From: Vibrio alginolyticus NBRC 15630 = ATCC 17749
GTDB lineage: Bacteria; Pseudomonadota; Gammaproteobacteria; Enterobacterales; Vibrionaceae
Direction of reading: 5' to 3'
Assembly: GCF_000354175.2 (NCBI RefSeq)
Contig: NC_022349.1
Span: forward strand, 2,760,001 to 2,792,000
DNA length: 32,000 nt
A program made the position numbers and the translations under genes. Under the pieces are notes generated by a model, which was not told where the DNA came from, did not search any database, and saw only the letters and a program-made list of their open reading frames with translations. Shown here in pieces: positions 26,806-32,000 of the stretch (position 1 is its first letter; each line of letters starts with the position of its first letter).

Positions 26806-29091
26806 ATGTCTACAGAAATTACCTACGATGGCGTCGAACAATTGCCAATGCGCAAGTTCACTGAAGACGCTTATCTGAACTACTCGATGTACGTAATCAT
26901 GGACCGCGCCTTGCCATACATTGGTGATGGCTTAAAGCCGGTTCAACGACGCATCATTTATGCGATGTCAGAGCTTGGTCTCTCTGCATCAGCAAAATAC
27001 AAAAAATCTGCACGTACCGTTGGTGACGTGCTAGGTAAATACCATCCGCACGGTGATTCAGCGTGTTACGAAGCGATGGTATTGATGGCTCAGCCATTCT
27101 CTTACCGCTATCCATTAGTGGATGGTCAAGGTAACTGGGGTGCGCCAGATGATCCGAAATCATTTGCGGCAATGCGTTATACCGAAGCAAAACTGTCTAA
27201 GTTTGCTGAAGTATTGCTTGGCGAACTTGGTCAGGGCACGGTTGAATGGCAACCTAACTTTGATGGCACAATGAAAGAGCCACAAATGTTGCCAGCACGT
27301 CTGCCTCATATCCTGCTTAACGGTGTAACCGGCATTGCCGTTGGTATGGCAACAGACATCCCACCGCACAACGTTCGTGAAATCGCAGATGCGACTATTC
27401 ATTTGATCGACAACCCGAAAGCAGAACTGCCGGACGTGATGCAGTATGTCAAAGGTCCGGATTACCCAACAGAAGCAGAAATTATCTCGCCGCAAGCGGA
27501 TATCGAGAAGATTTACCGCAACGGTCGTGGCAGCATCAAAATGCGCGCGGTTTGGCATAAAGAAGGTTCTGATATTGTTATCACTTCTTTGCCTCACCAA
27601 GTATCGGGTGCCAAACTGCTTGAGCAAATCGCTAACCAGATGCGTGCGAAGAAGCTGCCAATGGTTGACGATCTTCGTGACGAATCGGATCACGAGAACC
27701 CAACGCGTATCGTTGTGGTGCCTAAGTCAAACCGTGTCGATTGTGACTTGTTGATGAACCACTTGTTCGCATCAACGGATCTTGAGCGCAGTTACCGCGT
27801 TAACTTGAACATGATTGGTTTGGATAACCGTCCTCAAGTTAAAGGTCTGGTGCAAATTCTATCTGAGTGGATCGAGTTCCGTCGTACGACTGTGCGTCGT
27901 CGTTTACAACACCGTCTAGACAAAGTAATGGCTCGTCTACACATCTTGGAAGGTTTGTTAGTTGCTTACCTCAACCTAGATGAAGTGATTGAGATCATCC
28001 GTACTGAAGACGATCCAAAAGCGGTGCTGATGGAACGCTTTGGTATTACCGATATCCAAGCGGATGCAATTTTAGATACCAAACTTCGTCATCTAGCGAA
28101 ACTAGAAGAGATGAAGATCCGTGGTGAGCAAGACGAGCTAGAGAAAGAGCGTGAGAAGCTAGAACAGCTACTCGGTTCTGAGCGTCGTCTGAACACACTA
28201 CTGAAAAAAGAAATCAAAGCAGACGCAGAGAAATACGGTGATGACCGTCGCTCTCCAATGGTTGAGCGTGCAGAAGCAAAAGCGCTGACTGAACGTGACC
28301 TCGTACCAAGTGAGCCAATCACGGTTGTGCTTTCTGAGAAAGGTTGGATTCGTCACGCGAAAGGCCATGACGTGGATGCCGAAGGCTTAAACTATAAGTC
28401 GGGTGATAAGTATTTAGCGCATGCTCGAGGTAAGAGTAATCAGCCTGCGGTATTCCTAGGTAGTGACGGTCGAAGTTACTCTCTGGAATCGCACTCACTG
28501 CCTTCTGCTCGTAGTCAAGGTGAGCCGATTACCGGTCGCTTGAATATTACGGCTGGTAGCAGTATTCGCCAAGTCATCATGAGTGAAGAAGATCAGCTGT
28601 GGCTGGTGGGTTCAGATGCAGGTTACGGCTTTGTATGTAAAGGCGCGGACTTGCTGTCTAAAAACCGCAGCGGTAAAGCGCTCGTCACTTTACCTGCCAA
28701 CTCTGAGATCATGACGCCAAAAGAGATTGAAGATTTAGACTCTGATGAAATCTTAGCAATCACTAACCAAGGTCGCATGCTGCTGTTCCCAATCAAAGAC
28801 TTGCCACAACTGGCGAAAGGTAAAGGGAATAAGATCATCAACATTCCTGCAGCTAAAGCAAAAGAGCGAGAAGAAGTACTATCTCACTTAATGTCTTTAC
28901 CAAAAGGTGCATCGTTAACGCTGTACGCGGGTAAGCGAAAGTTGGGTCTTAAACCGTCTGACCTTGATAACTTCCGTGGCGAACGTGGTCGCCGAGGTGG
29001 GTTATTACCGAGAGGTTTGCAGCGAGTCACTCGCATTGAAGTTGAGCTAGATGATTCCGATACGACGGAAACACCGAGCGATAGCGAGTAA
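26806..29091 (+). CDS. parC: DNA topoisomerase IV subunit A
   Basis: 761-aa ORF starting 3 nt after the parE stop. It has the [16 protein letters not shown] and the catalytic-Tyr region [10 protein letters not shown]. Confidence 0.95.
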   Translation: MSTEITYDGVEQLPMRKFTEDAYLNYSMYVIMDRALPYIGDGLKPVQRRIIYAMSELGLSASAKYKKSARTVGDVLGKYHPHGDSACYEAMVLMAQPFSYRYPLVDGQGNWGAPDDPKSFAAMRYTEAKLSKFAEVLLGELGQGTVEWQPNFDGTMKEPQMLPARLPHILLNGVTGIAVGMATDIPPHNVREIADATIHLIDNPKAELPDVMQYVKGPDYPTEAEIISPQADIEKIYRNGRGSIKMRAVWHKEGSDIVITSLPHQVSGAKLLEQIANQMRAKKLPMVDDLRDESDHENPTRIVVVPKSNRVDCDLLMNHLFASTDLERSYRVNLNMIGLDNRPQVKGLVQILSEWIEFRRTTVRRRLQHRLDKVMARLHILEGLLVAYLNLDEVIEIIRTEDDPKAVLMERFGITDIQADAILDTKLRHLAKLEEMKIRGEQDELEKEREKLEQLLGSERRLNTLLKKEIKADAEKYGDDRRSPMVERAEAKALTERDLVPSEPITVVLSEKGWIRHAKGHDVDAEGLNYKSGDKYLAHARGKSNQPAVFLGSDGRSYSLESHSLPSARSQGEPITGRLNITAGSSIRQVIMSEEDQLWLVGSDAGYGFVCKGADLLSKNRSGKALVTLPANSEIMTPKEIEDLDSDEILAITNQGRMLLFPIKDLPQLAKGKGNKIINIPAAKAKEREEVLSHLMSLPKGASLTLYAGKRKLGLKPSDLDNFRGERGRRGGLLPRGLQRVTRIEVELDDSDTTETPSDSE

Positions 29092-29099
29092 CGCACAAA

Positions 29100-29130
29100 T
29101 AAAAATCCCAGCCAATGGCTGGGATTTTTT
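29100..29130. terminator. bidirectional intrinsic terminator shared by parC and degS
   Basis: AAAAATCCCAGCC (29101-29113) pairs with GGCTGGGATTTTT (29117-29129), loop AAT. The degS stop codon overlaps the T-run. Confidence 0.9.
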
Positions 29131-30193
29131 ATGCTTCTTGCTTGTCTTCAGCAATGGTGACTTTCAAGGTCATCTCTTTTCCTTTGCGAATGATACCGAC
29201 GTCCACGGTGGTGCCAGGCCGTAAATCGGTGACGATATCCATAACGCTCTGACGCCCCTGAACCTTATTGCCATCAATACTGATAATGATATCTTGTTTT
29301 TGAAAGCCAGCCGCATTTGCTGGACCATTTGGATCAATACCAAGTACGACAATACCACCTATGTGTTCATTTCCAAGTAGGCGAGCAGTGACCGCATTAA
29401 TGTCTTGGCCGTCGATTCCAATATAACCACGAATCACGCGGCCATCAGCGATGATTTTCTGCATGATCTTACTGGCTAGCGGCGCAGGGATCGCAAAAGA
29501 GATCCCGTAAGTTTCTAAATCTGTCGCTTGCTGAAAAGAGGCGGTATTAATGCCGACGAGCTCGCCTTGTGTGTTCACTAGGGCTCCACCAGAGTTACCT
29601 TCATTGATGGCGGCATCGGTTTGAATGAATGCTTGACGACCATCGCTAATAGATGAACGACCTGTGGCAGAAATAATGCCGAACGTTGTGGTTTGTCCAA
29701 GGTTGTATGGGTTACCGATGGCTAGTACTACATCGCCCACTTGTGGTTTGTAATTAGAGTTCAGAGGGATTACGGGCAAATTCGAACCTTCGACACGCAG
29801 CACGGCTATATCAGTACGCTTATCTGTCCCCACGAGCTGAGCCGCTGCGGCTCTGCCGTCTTGTAATGCCACAACAATTTGATCAGCTTGAGCAACCACA
29901 TGATAGTTAGTAATGATGTAGCCTTTCTCACTAACAATGACCCCTGACCCCAGGCCTTGAGTTGAGAGTTTACTACGATCATTCTCAACATACTTACGAC
30001 TGTAGATGTTTACCACGGCAGGCGCTGCTCTTCGGACCGCTTGATTAAACGTCAATTCGACTGATGCGATATTAACAGGTTGAGGATCAAGCGCGGCAGG
30101 AATTACGTTGTTGCGCAAAGATGGAACCGCCAGTAATACCACTGCGGCAGTAGCCAAGCCTAAAAAGACAGAACGTAATAAAAAGCTGAGCAT
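29129..30193 (-). CDS. degS: outer-membrane-stress sensor serine endopeptidase DegS
   Basis: I place the start at the ATG at 30193 (MLSFLLRSVFLGLA, an N-terminal TM anchor) with GGAGAGGA upstream. The longer ORF-track start at 30262 runs into the degQ terminator. It has a His/Asp/Ser triad context (TNYHVV, DIAVLRV, GNSGGALVN) and a single PDZ domain. Confidence 0.9.
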   Translation of the reverse strand: MLSFLLRSVFLGLATAAVVLLAVPSLRNNVIPAALDPQPVNIASVELTFNQAVRRAAPAVVNIYSRKYVENDRSKLSTQGLGSGVIVSEKGYIITNYHVVAQADQIVVALQDGRAAAAQLVGTDKRTDIAVLRVEGSNLPVIPLNSNYKPQVGDVVLAIGNPYNLGQTTTFGIISATGRSSISDGRQAFIQTDAAINEGNSGGALVNTQGELVGINTASFQQATDLETYGISFAIPAPLASKIMQKIIADGRVIRGYIGIDGQDINAVTARLLGNEHIGGIVVLGIDPNGPANAAGFQKQDIIISIDGNKVQGRQSVMDIVTDLRPGTTVDVGIIRKGKEMTLKVTIAEDKQEA

Positions 30194-30254
30194 ATCCTCT
30201 CCATGCGTGAGCGCCAAAATGGCATCGAAGATGAAGAATAGCATTACATTGAAA

Positions 30255-30292
30255 AATAACAAAAGGGCAGCACGTCATCGCGCTGCCCTTTT
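30255..30292 (-). terminator. intrinsic terminator after degQ
   Basis: AAAAGGGCAGC (30261-30271) pairs with GCTGCCCTTTT (30282-30292). On the minus strand it is followed by TTTTGTTATTTTT. Confidence 0.8.
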
Positions 30293-30383
30293 CATTAGTT
30301 ATTGAGCGATAAGGAAAAGTGATCGAGCCTTATCACTCAGTACTATGCATCGAAAACCTTATTTTCTATCACTTTGAAAGTGG

Positions 30384-31751
30384 TTAACGAATGACAAGAT
30401 AAATAGTACGTTCACCACGTTGAATATTAAGAGCCAGTACACCTTTGTGTTTCTCTACGATTGTACGAAGCTCGGCAAGGTTTTTCACTCGTTGACGGTT
30501 CACTCCGATAATAATGTCACCTTGTTGTAATTGATATTGAGCAGCCGGAGAGTTATCTGCAACGCTCGATACTTTAACACCTTGGATTACATCACTTGGT
30601 GTTGTATTGCTTAACTCCGCACCTTTGAGTCCCTCATGTAATGTCTCCGCTTTAGCTTTCATATTCGTAGATTCGCCAAGCGTTACATTAAAGGTTTTAT
30701 TCTTACCATCTCGAACCACACCTAATGTGATTTCTTTACCTGCGCCCAGTGTTGCCACTTTTGCGCGGAGCTCTGAGAAAGTATTAATCGCTTTGCCGTT
30801 CACCGATACAATTACGTCACCGGCTTTTAACCCTGCTTTATCGGCTGCGCTGTCCGGTACGACTTGACCAATAAAGGCCCCTTTACTCGACTCGTAACCC
30901 AGTGCATCAGCTAGCTCAGAGGTTACTTCGCCACCTTGCACACCCAACATGCCGCGTTTGACTTCACCAAACTCTAGAATTTGATCAGTGAGGTTTTTCA
31001 TCATGTTTGATGGAATCGCAAAGCCAATACCCACATTACCGCCGTTAGGGCCTAAAATCGCAGTATTAATACCGATCAGCTCACCATTAAGGTTGACCAA
31101 TGCACCACCAGAGTTACCGCTGTTAATTGCGGCATCGGTTTGGATGAAGTTTTCGAAGTTTTCAACGTTTAAGCCACTACGGCCAAGGGCTGAAACAATA
31201 CCCGAAGTTACGGTTTGACCGAGCCCAAATGGGTTACCAATCGCAACCGTAAAGTCACCGACACGCAGTTTGTCGGAATCCGCGACTTTAATCTGCGTTA
31301 AGTTTTTCGCTTTCTCTAATTTAAGTAACGCAACATCGGCCATTTCATCACCGCCAACGAGCGTAGCGTCATACTCGCGCCCGTCAAAGAGGCGAACTCG
31401 AATCTCATCTGCGCCCTTGATCACATGGTAGTTAGTGACAATATGGCCTTTCTTCGCATCAATAATGACACCAGACCCTAAACCTCTGAACGGGCGCTCT
31501 CGCCTTTGTTCCATAGGAAAGTCTGGGCCAAAGAAAAATTGAAATTGCTCGGGAATGCGGCTGGTTTGTACTTGTTTACCTTCTACAGCAATACTCACAA
31601 CAGCTGGGGTCACCTTCTCAAGCATTGGTGCCAAGCTAGGTAACTGTTGGCCATCCACATTCAAAGGTAATGCGGCAGTGGCTTGAACTGGGGCAATAAT
31701 CGAACCCAAACTCAGAGATAGAACGGTGAGCGCAAGCAGTGGTTTTTTCAT
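30384..31751 (-). CDS. degQ: periplasmic serine endoprotease DegQ/DegP (HtrA family, two PDZ domains)
   Basis: 455-aa ORF with a signal peptide (MKKPLLALTVLSLSLGSIIAPVQA-TA). The catalytic motifs are TNYHVI, DVALLKL and GNSGGALVN, and there are two PDZ domains. A GAGGAG Shine-Dalgarno sequence lies upstream. It sits upstream of degS, as in enterobacteria. Confidence 0.92.
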   Translation of the reverse strand: MKKPLLALTVLSLSLGSIIAPVQATAALPLNVDGQQLPSLAPMLEKVTPAVVSIAVEGKQVQTSRIPEQFQFFFGPDFPMEQRRERPFRGLGSGVIIDAKKGHIVTNYHVIKGADEIRVRLFDGREYDATLVGGDEMADVALLKLEKAKNLTQIKVADSDKLRVGDFTVAIGNPFGLGQTVTSGIVSALGRSGLNVENFENFIQTDAAINSGNSGGALVNLNGELIGINTAILGPNGGNVGIGFAIPSNMMKNLTDQILEFGEVKRGMLGVQGGEVTSELADALGYESSKGAFIGQVVPDSAADKAGLKAGDVIVSVNGKAINTFSELRAKVATLGAGKEITLGVVRDGKNKTFNVTLGESTNMKAKAETLHEGLKGAELSNTTPSDVIQGVKVSSVADNSPAAQYQLQQGDIIIGVNRQRVKNLAELRTIVEKHKGVLALNIQRGERTIYLVIR

Positions 31752-31780
31752 CCAATAACTCCTCTTGAAACATGTCTGCC

Positions 31781-31842
31781 AAAAAGAAATATCCGAACGG
31801 TTAGTTCACTTTGTTAATAACTAATATAGGGTCTAGTTCGGA
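31781..31842 (-). promoter_or_regulatory. terminator-like composite stem-loop plus U-tract inside the degQ 5' leader
   Basis: Read on the minus strand: UCCGAAC...UUAGUU-12nt-AACUAA-CC-GUUCGGA. The outer stem is 7 bp and the inner stem 6 bp. UAUUUCUUUUU follows immediately, about 30 nt before the degQ ATG. Confidence 0.3.
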
Positions 31843-31872
31843 CAATCAAAAGGGGAGGCAGTGCACACCCAA

Positions 31873-31902
31873 GTTAGAGCGAAGGTGAGGGGAAAAAGTT
31901 CA
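31873..31902 (-). promoter_or_regulatory. candidate sigma-E (RpoE)-type promoter for degQ
   Basis: The minus strand reads TGAACTT, a 17-nt spacer, then TCTAAC. Compare the E. coli sigma-E consensus GGAACTT-N16-TCnAA and rpoE P2, which uses TCTAAC. The spacer here is 1 nt longer than typical. Confidence 0.4.
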
Positions 31903-31932
31903 AAAAAGGGCCGATACAAATGTATCGGCCCT
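31902..31932 (-). terminator. intrinsic terminator of the gene upstream of degQ
   Basis: AGGGCCGATACA (31907-31918) pairs with TGTATCGGCCCT (31921-31932). On the minus strand the stem is followed by TTTTTT (complement of 31902-31907). Confidence 0.8.
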
Positions 31933-31951
31933 AGATAGAAGTAAGAGAGGA

Positions 31952-32000
31952 TTATGATGCTTTTGCGGTTACCGCTTCGGGAGCATTAATGATTTCTTTC
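31952..32000 (-). CDS. possible 3' end of an unidentified CDS continuing beyond the window
   Basis: The minus-strand frame reads ...KEIINAPEAVTAKAS then TAA (31954-31952), followed 20 nt later by the terminator above. Only 16 codons are visible, so no product call is possible. Confidence 0.35.
   Translation of the reverse strand, partial: KEIINAPEAVTAKAS

Noticed and set aside
27160-27693. 177-aa antisense ORF inside parC, plus the Ser/Arg-rich 77-aa ORF at 28089-28322 and other parC/parE antisense ORFs (25840-26419)
   Set aside because: They are fully embedded in highly conserved topoisomerase IV genes. They are low-complexity or Arg/Cys/Ser-rich shadow frames, with no start context or flanking signals.
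30194-30262. 23-codon N-terminal extension of degS
   Set aside because: It runs into the degQ terminator hairpin (30261-30292). The ATG at 30193 has a GGAGAGGA Shine-Dalgarno sequence and yields the expected ~354-aa DegS with an N-terminal anchor.
1-32000. Screen for tRNA/rRNA genes, CRISPR arrays, IS or transposase, integrase, phage, toxin-antitoxin or defence-system genes, and dispersed repeats
   Set aside because: None were found by eye. Every ORF of 100 aa or more that is not an antisense shadow is assigned to a recognisable family, mostly housekeeping. No direct-repeat arrays or terminal inverted repeats flank any block.

Overview
This window reads as ordinary core chromosome of a Vibrio-like gammaproteobacterium, and I could not find a convincing novel multi-gene system. 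The taxon is inferred from protein motifs, gene order and moderate GC content; no database search was possible.

Genes are tightly packed and nearly all are recognisable housekeeping genes. In order: a/b-hydrolase (5' partial), plsY, folB-folK-uppP, cca, gspA-gspB, ggt, ygiM-like SH3 protein, pit plus DUF47/PhoU-like gene, ygiF (CYTH-CHAD), a 6TM K+ channel, an MCP, glnE, hldE, tolC, nudF-yqiB-cpdA-yqiA, parE-parC, degS, degQ. Most transcription units end in clear hairpin/T-run terminators, several shared by convergent genes.

The backbone is colinear (reversed) with the E. coli K-12 plsY-folB-bacA-cca-ygiM-ygiF-glnE-hldE ... tolC-nudF-yqiB-cpdA-yqiA-parE region. Four small blocks are inserted relative to that order: folK, gspAB+ggt, pit+DUF47, and K-channel+MCP.

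I saw no tRNA or rRNA genes, CRISPR arrays, IS elements or transposases, integrases, phage genes, toxin-antitoxin pairs or defence-island hallmarks.

The items most worth a second look are all small-scale and speculative:
- Two long perfect palindromes in the plsY-folB control region.
- A sigma-E-type promoter plus a terminator-like leader structure upstream of degQ.
- A divergent Kv-like channel / minimal-sensor MCP pair.
- A phosphate/polyphosphate-themed divergent cluster.
- A long structured spacer upstream of parE.

Several ORF-track start codons are over-extended and are corrected in the feature list.
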